Origin: Pseudomonadota bacterium
GTDB taxonomy: Bacteria > Bdellovibrionota_B > Oligoflexia > Oligoflexales > Bin106
Direction of reading: 5' to 3'
Length of the DNA: 24,950 bases
Assembly (NCBI GenBank): GCA_026710525.1
Contig: JAPOQT010000124.1
Coordinates: forward strand, 1-24,950
Shown here: piece after piece, positions 17,174 to 24,950 of the stretch
How positions within the stretch are numbered: the stretch's first letter is position 1
Layout of the letters: every line of letters starts with the position of its first letter
The notes under the pieces: generated by a model
Seen by the model: the letters and a program-made list of their open reading frames with translations, nothing else
Told to the model about the DNA's origin: nothing
Databases searched by the model: none
Made by a program: the position numbers and the translations under genes

Positions 17174-17722
17174 TCACTGGAGGAGAGATTTTTTCAGTAG
17201 CTCTTGGTCCATAGTTTTGTGGCTGTCTGGTTTCACATACTCTTCTGAGTGTTTTACCATTAACCTAGTCGCATTAAATTCATCGCCTTGCTCACTGATT
17301 TTTCCTTCCAAGACAACCCCAGATCCCTCTTTAAACATATCAGGTAGTAGACCATGATAGTTCACATGGACCTGGGTATCTTCGAGGTTAGTGAGAACAA
17401 AAGAAACCGTGAGAGAGTCAGGAGCAGTTATTAATGAGTCCACTGCCACCATGCCACCAACTCGAATCGTTTGATTTTGTAAATCATATGCCCTCGCCTT
17501 GGCCTCAGATGGGGTGAGGAAATACACCGTGTTTTTTTGTAATTCTAATCCCATAAAAATAGCCATGATGATCCCACAGGCGACAAAAACCCAAATTACT
17601 TTATCAGGTTTTTTTGAGGCTTTTTGACTCCGAGAGCGAGGTTTTGCTTCTTGTAACGAAGGGGGCGGAGATGGATGGTTTTGATGATTATGTTGGGTCA
17701 TGATCAACCTTTTGTGTGCCAT
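17174..17722 (-). CDS. ccmE: Cytochrome c maturation heme chaperone CcmE (true start may be ATG at 17701)
   Basis: 'VYFLTPSE', 'IRVGGMV', 'YHGLLPDMFKEGSGVVLEG' and the heme-binding 'KHSEEY' (HxxxY). Confidence 0.93.
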   Translation of the reverse strand: MAHKRLIMTQHNHQNHPSPPPSLQEAKPRSRSQKASKKPDKVIWVFVACGIIMAIFMGLELQKNTVYFLTPSEAKARAYDLQNQTIRVGGMVAVDSLITAPDSLTVSFVLTNLEDTQVHVNYHGLLPDMFKEGSGVVLEGKISEQGDEFNATRLMVKHSEEYVKPDSHKTMDQELLKKSLLQ

Positions 17723-17840
17723 AACTGTTGAGTCGCTGACTTACCAGCCAACAAAAAATCATATAACCCAAAAGAGTGGCAAAAGCAATGCCATAGGCTA
17801 ACAAAATAAAGACATAAGCATTCCACTGTTCGTACATCAT
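17688..17840 (-). CDS. ccmD: Heme exporter protein CcmD-like small membrane protein; not in the ORF track
   Basis: Manual translation MMYEQWNAYVFILLAYGIAFATLLGYMIFCWLVSQRLNSYGTQKVDHDPT* (50 aa). 'YVFILLAYG' resembles the CcmD 'YVWxAYG' motif, and the ORF sits exactly between ccmC and ccmE. Confidence 0.72.
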   Translation of the reverse strand: MMYEQWNAYVFILLAYGIAFATLLGYMIFCWLVSQRLNSYGTQKVDHDPT

Positions 17841-17849
17841 GTGACCAAT

Positions 17850-18572
17850 TTACTGCGGTTGAACGTTTGGCGGGGTCTTGAAAGTATTGAAAAACAGGCG
17901 TTGTAATTCATCTTCACGATTCAATAAATAATAACGCCAGGCAACTAACCATAATGACAGGGCGATAGTAGAGATTATACAGAGATAAAGAAGTCCTGCA
18001 ATTTCCGGAGCCATAGTAGCACCATCAGAGCGAAATAAACTCGGTGGTTGATGCAGAGTTCGCCACCATGACACACTTTTATAGATGATCGGAATATCAA
18101 CGGCGATCAGTATACTGAGAGTGGCACAAACTCGTACTCGAGAATCTGTGCGTTCAAGAGAGCTCCAGATCAATAAATAAGCAACCTGAAGCAGGGCGAG
18201 GAGAAAAGTAGTGGTTAGTCTTGCATCCCAAGTCCACCAAACCCCCCAAGTTGGTCGTCCCCAAAGGGAACCTGTTAGGAGAGTGATACAAGTAAACAGG
18301 AAAGCGACCTCACAAATAGCTTTACCCAGAAAAATCAGGCTGCTTTTCGGTTGACGAATATTCCAAATACCTTGGGCCATCAGTAAGAATGACAACAAAA
18401 AAGAGGTTAAGGCACTGGAGACGTGGATGTAGAGAATACGATAAACATCTCCCTGATGCTTTTCAGAAGTAGCTCCCAGTATCCCGTAAAGCATTAAACC
18501 GACAAATAGGGTTACCACTAAGACACCTACCATCCTGTAGGATCTTAATGTTTTTGGTAATTTAGAGATCAT
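17850..18572 (-). CDS. ccmC: Heme exporter/delivery protein CcmC
   Basis: WWD motif 'WGRPTWGVWWTWDARLT' and flanking histidines 'LYIHV' and 'RTLHQ'. Confidence 0.95.
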   Translation of the reverse strand: MISKLPKTLRSYRMVGVLVVTLFVGLMLYGILGATSEKHQGDVYRILYIHVSSALTSFLLSFLLMAQGIWNIRQPKSSLIFLGKAICEVAFLFTCITLLTGSLWGRPTWGVWWTWDARLTTTFLLALLQVAYLLIWSSLERTDSRVRVCATLSILIAVDIPIIYKSVSWWRTLHQPPSLFRSDGATMAPEIAGLLYLCIISTIALSLWLVAWRYYLLNREDELQRLFFNTFKTPPNVQPQ

Positions 18573-18588
18573 AACTCATCATTAATGG

Positions 18589-19284
18589 TTAAGTATTATC
18601 CATGGTGTTAAACAACAATAAGCTGAGACAAAAAAAGAATCCAGCCATACAAGCAGGCAGAATAATAGGTGCTATCGAGTTACTCATAACGACCTCGAAG
18701 TTATGCCATATTACCTTAGAAGATTGTAAAGATACAATGGTGAGTGGGGTTGCGAGGGGGAAATAGATTAAAGGAAAGAGTAAAGAATTATCTCGATCAT
18801 ATGTGGTTAATAAACCACAGAGAATACCCAGGGGAGTGAGACCAAAGACATACACGGCTAACGACAGTCCCAGGGTGAGCATAAGTTCAAGATCTAGGGT
18901 TAAGCCGAGGAAATGACTGAGTAGCCAAGTGAGTAGTAGTGATGACGTGACAGCAAAGATCAGGATAGGGCAAGTACATGACACAAATATAAGATGATGA
19001 TTTCGCGGCAAAATCATCAGGGTTTCGAGGGTCCTGTCGATGAAAAAATTGGCAAAGATGCGCATAAAAAACCAGGAGAGAGTAATGAGAGTGATGATAA
19101 AACTCAAACCAACGTAGAGATCTCGAAGTGGGGGCCCTGAGAGATTTTCCGTAGCAAGTGCGCAGAGAATGACTAAGCTGATACCAAACATTAAAGCTGA
19201 GATAGCTTGCTCTTTTTGACCAAGGGTGCTGCTGATAAAAAAAAGGAGCAGCTGTTTTAGTTCATGTGTGAGAGGATGAGTCAT
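18589..19284 (-). CDS. ccmB: ABC transporter permease CcmB (diverged)
   Basis: About six TM segments, 'DRTLETLMI' (cf. DGtLE), 'LLFPLIYFPLATP' (cf. LLLPlL.lPL.iP). It overlaps ccmA by 4 nt and precedes ccmC. Confidence 0.75.
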   Translation of the reverse strand: MTHPLTHELKQLLLFFISSTLGQKEQAISALMFGISLVILCALATENLSGPPLRDLYVGLSFIITLITLSWFFMRIFANFFIDRTLETLMILPRNHHLIFVSCTCPILIFAVTSSLLLTWLLSHFLGLTLDLELMLTLGLSLAVYVFGLTPLGILCGLLTTYDRDNSLLFPLIYFPLATPLTIVSLQSSKVIWHNFEVVMSNSIAPIILPACMAGFFFCLSLLLFNTMDNT

Positions 19285-19907
19285 AACATTGATGGTTGAA
19301 AATCAGATAAATTGATGGTGTGGCTGGTGAGACTAGTGAAAACATTTGTGTGGGAGGTGTATAACACCATGCCACCAGAGGCTAAGTGTTTCATAATAAG
19401 TTGCTGCTGTAATGCGATGCCTTGTTGATCAAGGCCATGGGTGGGTTCATCCAGAAGCCAAAGAGCTCTTTTTTGCACTTCTAGCTTGGCACAAGCCAGC
19501 CTTTTTTTCATTCCGGTGGAAAACATCCCAACATTCAGAGTGTTTTGTAGGTAAGGATGACTGAGGCCCCACTTAGTAAGAAGATTGGCTATGTTGATCG
19601 TATCAGAATAATGAGTAAAGAACTTTAGGTTGTTCTGGGCACTGAAATGATAGAAAAATCCAGGAGACTCAGCGGGTAAGAAAGACGTGTTGGCTTGAAA
19701 ATATTTTATATCAGTCTTATGAAACAGGGAAGCTTCGGTGCATGATAAATCTAGGAGTCCCATCAAACCTCTGAGTAACGTTGTTTTGCCGACGCCGTTC
19801 TCACCCCTTAAATGACACATTTCACCAGGTTTAATTTCAAAAGAGAGGTTGGTGAATAAAGGCTGGTCTCGTTGATAACTCCAGGCAATATTGCGAGCGA
19901 TGAACAT
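19281..19907 (-). CDS. ccmA: ABC ATPase CcmA
   Basis: Walker A GENGVGKTT, signature-like FSTGMKKR, Walker B 'LWLLDEP', and 'GGMVLYTSH' end typical of CcmA. Confidence 0.87.
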   Translation of the reverse strand: MFIARNIAWSYQRDQPLFTNLSFEIKPGEMCHLRGENGVGKTTLLRGLMGLLDLSCTEASLFHKTDIKYFQANTSFLPAESPGFFYHFSAQNNLKFFTHYSDTINIANLLTKWGLSHPYLQNTLNVGMFSTGMKKRLACAKLEVQKRALWLLDEPTHGLDQQGIALQQQLIMKHLASGGMVLYTSHTNVFTSLTSHTINLSDFQPSML

Positions 19908-19910
19908 GGC

Positions 19911-21521
19911 TTAATCTCCTGATTGTGGCTGGTAGATATTGGCGGGCTGTGTTTGGGGTAATCGCCGATAGAAAGGGTAGGTCACAGTATGAGAGCTGTT
20001 AGGAGCTAAGGTGATAAAACTCACGGTTTGTTTTTTTTGCTTGAAGCGGGTGCTTGTTTTTATCGATTCATAGGAAACAAGCTGGTATTCACCTGGGAGT
20101 AACATAAGGTTACGTTCCTTGCTGTCACCAAGATGACTCGAGTTGTGAATCGAGTTAGGGAAACCTTGGCGTGTATTGTCATCTAACACTTCTAAGCGAA
20201 TGAGCTCGGTTGCTCGATTGTTTTGGAAAGTGACTTTTGGTGTTAATGTGAGTGAGCCGAGAACAACTTCTTTGTGTTGTCCTGGTCGTGCGTTAACAGC
20301 TTGCTTAATACCGTGAGCACTATGTAGTTGTACGAGAATTTTTTTGGCAAAAAATAGTATCGGAACGCCAACCGAGCCTTGAGTTGGTTCATCAGTTATT
20401 GATTCGTACAGGGTGAGTCCTATTTTAGGACACAACTGTTGTTGTTGCCAAGTGCTGGCCTCTCGGGTGCACGGGGAATGGATAGTGATCGTATTGAGAG
20501 GAATAGTCAATTGTTTACCTGCTACCACAGAGACCTGAATTGTTTGATGACCACCAGTGAGCTTAATTTCATAGGTACCTGGTAGCAGAGGATAGGTTGT
20601 ATTGAGACGGAGGGTGTGGTGTGTTTGCTCAGTAGGGGATCTTAGGGAAAAAGTCGGCGGCTCAGCATTGAAGCGGGTCACATAGTCTAGTGGTGTTTTA
20701 GCTGGTGTTGCCACCCTTAGTGCGCCAAGGGTAATTTCTTGGGGAGTTTGTGCCTCAAGAGTAACGGATTTTGTGCTGCCATTCACAGCGATCCGGTATT
20801 CACCTGGTAAGAAGTAAATCCATCGCGCTACCGGTAGTCCCGCTGTCATAGTGATACTTGCCTTGTCTTGACTGAGAAAAAACTTGGTTTTTTCGTTATT
20901 CGCTGTGTTAATTCGAAGGGCAGCTAGATCAATATGAGTGCTCCTTTCAGAGAGATCTAAGGTCACAGTGAGAGGCATCATATGGATAAAAATCTGATCA
21001 ATATTTGAGAGTAGATACAGCTTAAAAATACTAGTCAGTTTTTGGCTAAAAACAGGGCTACCAAACCTTTCACAGAGGATCTGAAACATCCCATCCTCGC
21101 CGTCATAATCAACGGGGGGTTGATGAAAAGTGAGTTGTTGTAAGGTGAGCTCTTGAGTGTGTCCTTTTTTTACGGTAACACTGGCATGTGAGCAGTCAGC
21201 TAATATGAGATATTTCCCTGGGGATACGAGTAAACCAGGAGAACCGAAGATGTCCGAGGATACTTCAATGCTCTTAAATAGCTCATGGCTACCCCTGTTA
21301 GTGGTGAGCGCCCTTAGTTTGGTAATAAAATTTTGTTCACGTTTATAAATAGAAAGACGATGATAGGACTGACGAGCCGAGCTGTTATCCGCTAATTTAA
21401 TAGAGATATAGCTCTCTCTTGTTGTGATAGAACAGCCTGGGAGTAGTGGCGCGAGGAGAGCGAGATAAATAGCTAGGCGTCTGAGCCAACTGCTGAGATG
21501 TGGTAATAAAATCTGTGTCAT
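19911..21521 (-). CDS. Unrecognised lipoprotein with repeated 'PGxY' beta-rich modules
   Basis: Lipobox LPG|C at Cys30; four motifs VSPGKY, FLPGEY, LLPGTY, LLPGEY; stop codon 3 nt before the ccmA start. Confidence 0.75.
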   Translation of the reverse strand: MTQILLPHLSSWLRRLAIYLALLAPLLPGCSITTRESYISIKLADNSSARQSYHRLSIYKREQNFITKLRALTTNRGSHELFKSIEVSSDIFGSPGLLVSPGKYLILADCSHASVTVKKGHTQELTLQQLTFHQPPVDYDGEDGMFQILCERFGSPVFSQKLTSIFKLYLLSNIDQIFIHMMPLTVTLDLSERSTHIDLAALRINTANNEKTKFFLSQDKASITMTAGLPVARWIYFLPGEYRIAVNGSTKSVTLEAQTPQEITLGALRVATPAKTPLDYVTRFNAEPPTFSLRSPTEQTHHTLRLNTTYPLLPGTYEIKLTGGHQTIQVSVVAGKQLTIPLNTITIHSPCTREASTWQQQQLCPKIGLTLYESITDEPTQGSVGVPILFFAKKILVQLHSAHGIKQAVNARPGQHKEVVLGSLTLTPKVTFQNNRATELIRLEVLDDNTRQGFPNSIHNSSHLGDSKERNLMLLPGEYQLVSYESIKTSTRFKQKKQTVSFITLAPNSSHTVTYPFYRRLPQTQPANIYQPQSGD

Positions 21522-21675
21522 TATAAGTTGTCACCACCACGGTGCAAGGGTGATATGATACACTGACAGGATCACGTTTTATAGGCACGTATCTTTGGAT
21601 AGAAGATTATCTAGTATTGAGTTAGTTTTGTTGTCACGTTAAGAAAGATCAAAAGATCAAGTAAGATAGGTCGTA

Positions 21676-22800
21676 ATGAGCCAGCCCAGTCCCCCACATA
21701 CTCCAACACAGGATAGTCAGCAAGTTGATCGAGAGCAACACATTATTGAATTGAAACAATTAGTTGATCATATTAATTCAGGGACTAAGTTCTCCCGAGA
21801 TGAACATCTAGATCATCTTAAACTACTCCATGATTTTGAATGCTGGCATCATTATTTCACCAAAGTTGACCTGTTGTTAGCAGATGTTGATCAAAGGCAA
21901 GCTAACTCTATTCTCCAAGATAGTCTATCAGTTTGTTTCAATTTTATTGAAGACAAGGCAATGGCTGAAAAGTATTTGCTCAGAGCCTTACAGCTAGTGG
22001 ATATTTCTTTTCCTGAATTTTGGCGGGTCATGATTTTGAAGCCAATGAAGATTAAAGATTTTGCCCTTGAGGCTTCTTTACTTGAGTCGATAGTTCCCCA
22101 TTCTCAGGGTGAATTCTTGGAGGAGGTCTTAGCACGACTGGCGATACTTTACGAAGAAAAACTGTATTCAGAAGACCATTTACTTAAAACCTTGTCTCGA
22201 CTCATAGAAGCGAACCCGCGTAACCATAAAGCCTTAATTTTTTATAAAAACTTTTATTCACAGCGACATCATTGGGCGAAGGTTGAAGGGTTCCTAAAGA
22301 CGTTAATTGATGAGTTGGCAGAAACATCAGAAGAGTATTTTTACCGTCTTGAATTAGCTAAGATCTATTTGCATTTTCTCGATCAACCTGAAGAAGCAAC
22401 AGAGATTATGTCAGGGGTGACGAGTGATGCTGGTTTTGAGATGATTAAAGTTAAGTTTATGTTATTTTTTCATGCGGGTGAGTTTCGACAAGGGATTGAT
22501 ACTCTGAAGGTCCTTGAACAATTAGCTACGGATGGGAAGCAACTAGCCAATGTTTATTTCCACTATGCGACATCTTATGCCAGTCTCAATAATCATGCAA
22601 AATCTTTTGCTTATTTTGAAAAGTCATTACAGAAAGATGTGAGCATGTATGTGATTCGAAAGTACTGGCGATCGTCGCTACAGTACCGTAATTTCCATGG
22701 TATTCTTTCGACACTTGAGTATATTACCAAGATCACAGAATCATCAAAGCAAAAAACCAAGGCTCTTACGTTAATCAATAAGTATCTTGGCCACCTGTAA
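21676..22800 (+). CDS. Alpha-helical TPR-like protein
   Basis: Repeating helical patterns 'LARLAILYEEK', 'RLIEANPRNHKAL', 'RLELAKIYLHFLDQPEEA', 'NVYFHYATSY...AYFEKSLQKD'. No signal peptide seen. Confidence 0.7.
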   Translation: MSQPSPPHTPTQDSQQVDREQHIIELKQLVDHINSGTKFSRDEHLDHLKLLHDFECWHHYFTKVDLLLADVDQRQANSILQDSLSVCFNFIEDKAMAEKYLLRALQLVDISFPEFWRVMILKPMKIKDFALEASLLESIVPHSQGEFLEEVLARLAILYEEKLYSEDHLLKTLSRLIEANPRNHKALIFYKNFYSQRHHWAKVEGFLKTLIDELAETSEEYFYRLELAKIYLHFLDQPEEATEIMSGVTSDAGFEMIKVKFMLFFHAGEFRQGIDTLKVLEQLATDGKQLANVYFHYATSYASLNNHAKSFAYFEKSLQKDVSMYVIRKYWRSSLQYRNFHGILSTLEYITKITESSKQKTKALTLINKYLGHL

Positions 22801-22806
22801 TGTCTG

Positions 22807-23928
22807 TTGTCGGATCAACCACGATCATCGAGTAGAGTTGTGACCTTTGTTCATATGCCCTTACCTAAAAATGTGACAGCAGTGCCAGACTTCTATGGGG
22901 CACTGAGGGCTCTTGATAATAAGATGACAGTCCTTCATCCAGAATACTCTTTTGTTTCTTGGTTAGGGCCTCATGATGAGCAGGAAGGACTTAGTTATAT
23001 TGCGGGCGACCTAGTTCATATCAACCAGCATAGGCAGAGTATGGCGATGAATGTTGTTGATGGAAGTCAGTTAGCTACCTACTCTTTTTATCAGAATTAT
23101 TTGAGGGCAACAAACAAGGTTTCCTATGGTCATCTCTATGGTGGTTATAGTGGCTCATGGGATAGCTTAGCAGAGAAGTATTACGTTCGTCTATTGCTAG
23201 CGGTTGATGCTCAACTACTCAGTCGTTACCTTGATTTTACTAGTAGTCTTCTTAGTCATGATTTGAATAGTAGTTTGTTAAGACCAAGTCAATCGGTTGC
23301 TCCTTATGTTGTTTTAAATGGTAGTGGTGAAGCTTACTTGTTTCATTCGACCGAGAGTCATATGAAGCATTGTCGGAGTAAATTGCAAGCTTTGATTCGA
23401 CAAAATCATAAGAAGAAAATCACCATCAATGCCTATATCGATAAGTTCTTTTTTCCTCAAGGGATGACTTTAGGGGGGATGCTCCCGCCATCTCTTGGGG
23501 CTAAATCCCGTCACGATTACCACGTTTTTCCCAAAAATACCAATGAAGAAACCAGGTTCCACCCCATGTCATTTCAGCAACAAATCAACTCAACATGCTG
23601 GCATAAGGTGGATCAATGGTTTGAGGCGGTGAAAAAAACTTTGGCATCTGTTCAGAGCAGAGGACAGTCGTTACCGATACAATTATTTGTTGGTACTCGT
23701 AGTTGTCTTTTAGATTATTATTATTATGAGCAACTGGGTGATATTATTGACAAGGCTAAATTTAGGCAGTGGCATCTGAAAAAGTGGTATCTTGGCTACG
23801 ATCCATGGGGTTATTTTTTCTCTTACTTGCATCATGCCTACGGGAAGACAGAACATGGTTGTGCCTATGTTAACAGCCACCTTGTTGGCACAGGAGAGAT
23901 ATTAACTTGTCATCCAAGAGAGACGTAA
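22807..23928 (+). CDS. Highly diverged thiolase-superfamily (FadA/FadI- or FabH-like) protein lacking canonical catalytic residues
   Basis: Ordered motif echoes by eye: 'VVTFVHMPLPK' ~ VVIVDGVRTPFGK; 'LYGGYSG' ~ xAC(S/A)G; 'LLLAVDAQLLSR' ~ VVVAGGxExMSR; 'LNGSGEAYLF' ~ LNDGAAAVLL; 'LGYDPWG' ~ LGHPxG; 'VGTG' ~ xGGG near the C-terminus. Confidence 0.5.
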   Translation: MSDQPRSSSRVVTFVHMPLPKNVTAVPDFYGALRALDNKMTVLHPEYSFVSWLGPHDEQEGLSYIAGDLVHINQHRQSMAMNVVDGSQLATYSFYQNYLRATNKVSYGHLYGGYSGSWDSLAEKYYVRLLLAVDAQLLSRYLDFTSSLLSHDLNSSLLRPSQSVAPYVVLNGSGEAYLFHSTESHMKHCRSKLQALIRQNHKKKITINAYIDKFFFPQGMTLGGMLPPSLGAKSRHDYHVFPKNTNEETRFHPMSFQQQINSTCWHKVDQWFEAVKKTLASVQSRGQSLPIQLFVGTRSCLLDYYYYEQLGDIIDKAKFRQWHLKKWYLGYDPWGYFFSYLHHAYGKTEHGCAYVNSHLVGTGEILTCHPRET

Positions 23929-23958
23929 CGGGGACACCATTAGCAGAAAGGTCCTCAC

Positions 23959-24950
23959 GTGGCAAAAACAACCCAAAGTAAATCAGAATGCTGGGAGCTG
24001 AACCGAGATGGTAAGCAGCATTATTATCTCGCTGTGCCAGACATGGTTTCGTTTTATCTGCCTTCTGAATCATGGCGGGTTTTTCAAACAACGGTTCGTC
24101 GTATTTTGGCTAACGACTCTCACTCCCTCAGTTTTGTCTGTTTTCAGCCAGCGAGAGATCAGCACCGACTTTTACTATCAGCCGGGTATTTACCAAGTAA
24201 GCAAGCAGCCCATTTGAGTGAGTTAAGGCATTTCTTCCGCTTTCTTTACGCGCAGAGAGATCGTTTAACATTTTGGCTAGCTTCATCGGTGACTGACTCT
24301 TTTTTTGAGTTAATGCTCTGTTGTCAGAAAATTTGGTTTTATCAACCAACTGTGTTTCTTGGTTTTCCTGAATGGGAGAGGGGTTTTCCGCCTTTAGGTG
24401 GTGTTTGTGAATTAAGCTGGCATGCAGGAGATCTGAAAAAAAGCTTTTGGCAGAAAAACAAGATATTCCGACCGTGGATGGCATCTGAATCAACAGCCCT
24501 TGGCCTTGAATGGATTGCAGAGCCCGTGTTTTATCAGTGGCTAAAAGAGCAACAGATGACCCCAGGTACTGAGGCAGGTCTTAAAACCAAGAGTCATTCG
24601 GTCGGTTACCCATTTCCTTGGATATCCTTATTATCAGGGCAGAAGGCGAATAAAGGCGGTTGTGTGGCAAAACCTGAGTGGTTAGCTGCCATCTTTAGTC
24701 AAAGTCCTAACATGAGGCCCCAGAAAAAAATAGTTCACTCATTTACGGAGGTATCATGGGATATTTTGTGGTACAGAAAAGACCAAGAGAACAGTCATAG
24801 TGATTATGATCACTGTCGTGATTTGCTCAATGTGTGGTCTGAGGTGTTACATTTGGGTGCTACCCCAAGTTCCTGTGATCAAGGAAATAGTCAGTTACTA
24901 TTCAGACACTTTGGTTCCGAGTCATCTTTGCTGTTAGATCATCAGGATCA
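23959..24950 (+). CDS. Degenerate crotonase-fold protein resembling the N-terminal enoyl-CoA hydratase domain of FadJ/FadB; partial, not in the ORF track
   Basis: GTG at 23959 with AGAAAGG upstream, open for 330 codons to the window edge. 'FFELMLCCQKIWFYQPTVFLGFPEWERGFPPLGG' matches the crotonase motif 'GLELALACxxR...LGLPEVxLGLLPGxGG'. Confidence 0.68.
   Translation, partial: MAKTTQSKSECWELNRDGKQHYYLAVPDMVSFYLPSESWRVFQTTVRRILANDSHSLSFVCFQPARDQHRLLLSAGYLPSKQAAHLSELRHFFRFLYAQRDRLTFWLASSVTDSFFELMLCCQKIWFYQPTVFLGFPEWERGFPPLGGVCELSWHAGDLKKSFWQKNKIFRPWMASESTALGLEWIAEPVFYQWLKEQQMTPGTEAGLKTKSHSVGYPFPWISLLSGQKANKGGCVAKPEWLAAIFSQSPNMRPQKKIVHSFTEVSWDILWYRKDQENSHSDYDHCRDLLNVWSEVLHLGATPSSCDQGNSQLLFRHFGSESSLLLDHQD

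Noticed and set aside
17160-17180. CCAGTGA-N7-TCACTGG hairpin over the ccmE stop codon
   Set aside because: 7-bp stem without a U-tract; too weak to call a terminator.
14828-17357. Plus-strand ORFs 14828..15034, 14994..15182, 16034..16240, 17103..17357
   Set aside because: Antisense shadows of trmB, ccmG and ccmE.
21157-21588. ORFs 21157..21348 (+) and 21397..21588 (-)
   Set aside because: Overlap the 536-aa lipoprotein gene, which has a valid signal peptide and lipobox.
21645-21669. AAGATCAA tandem duplication upstream of the TPR gene
   Set aside because: Only two short A-rich copies, compatible with chance; no matching promoter elements identified.
22807-22870. Resemblance of 'VVTFVHMPLP' to the GH57 'LHAHLP' motif
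   Set aside because: No further GH57 motifs follow; several ordered thiolase-fold motifs and the neighbouring crotonase gene fit better.
23870-24493. ORFs 23870..24091 (-), 24008..24217 (+), 24128..24493 (-)
   Set aside because: Explained as shadows of the longer crotonase-like frame starting at 23959.
1-24950. CRISPR arrays, tRNA/rRNA genes, transposases or integrases
   Set aside because: No regularly spaced repeats, RNA-gene signatures or mobile-element ORFs were seen by eye.

Overview
Intact chromosomal segment of a low-to-moderate GC bacterium with strongly diverged proteins. The gene set (PilM-like GspL, System I ccm genes, hflKC) suggests a Bdellovibrionota/Oligoflexia or delta-proteobacteria-like lineage; this is inference. 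From left to right it holds: (1) the distal half of a type II secretion operon, gspI-J-K-L-M-N (minus strand, gspN runs off the left edge); (2) divergent from it, a tandem array of an unrecognised lipoprotein family with two intact paralogues, where the 793-bp 'intergenic' gap between them is a collapsed, frameshifted third copy; (3) a housekeeping block, trmB, ybeY, CNNM/CBS protein, hflK, hflC; (4) a cytochrome c maturation cluster headed by an unknown lipoprotein, ccmA-B-C-D-E, a 550-bp gap with a 22-bp perfect palindrome where ccmF would usually sit, then a ccmG-like thioredoxin and an unannotated 51-aa membrane peptide; (5) a divergent plus-strand unit of a TPR-like protein, a thiolase-fold protein apparently lacking its catalytic residues, and a degenerate FadJ/FadB-like crotonase protein that runs off the right edge. 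Four ORFs missing from the supplied track were found by hand (gspN, ccmD, the 51-aa peptide, the FadJ-like ORF). I saw no rRNA, tRNA, CRISPR array or transposase. All family assignments come from motif recognition by eye, not database searches.
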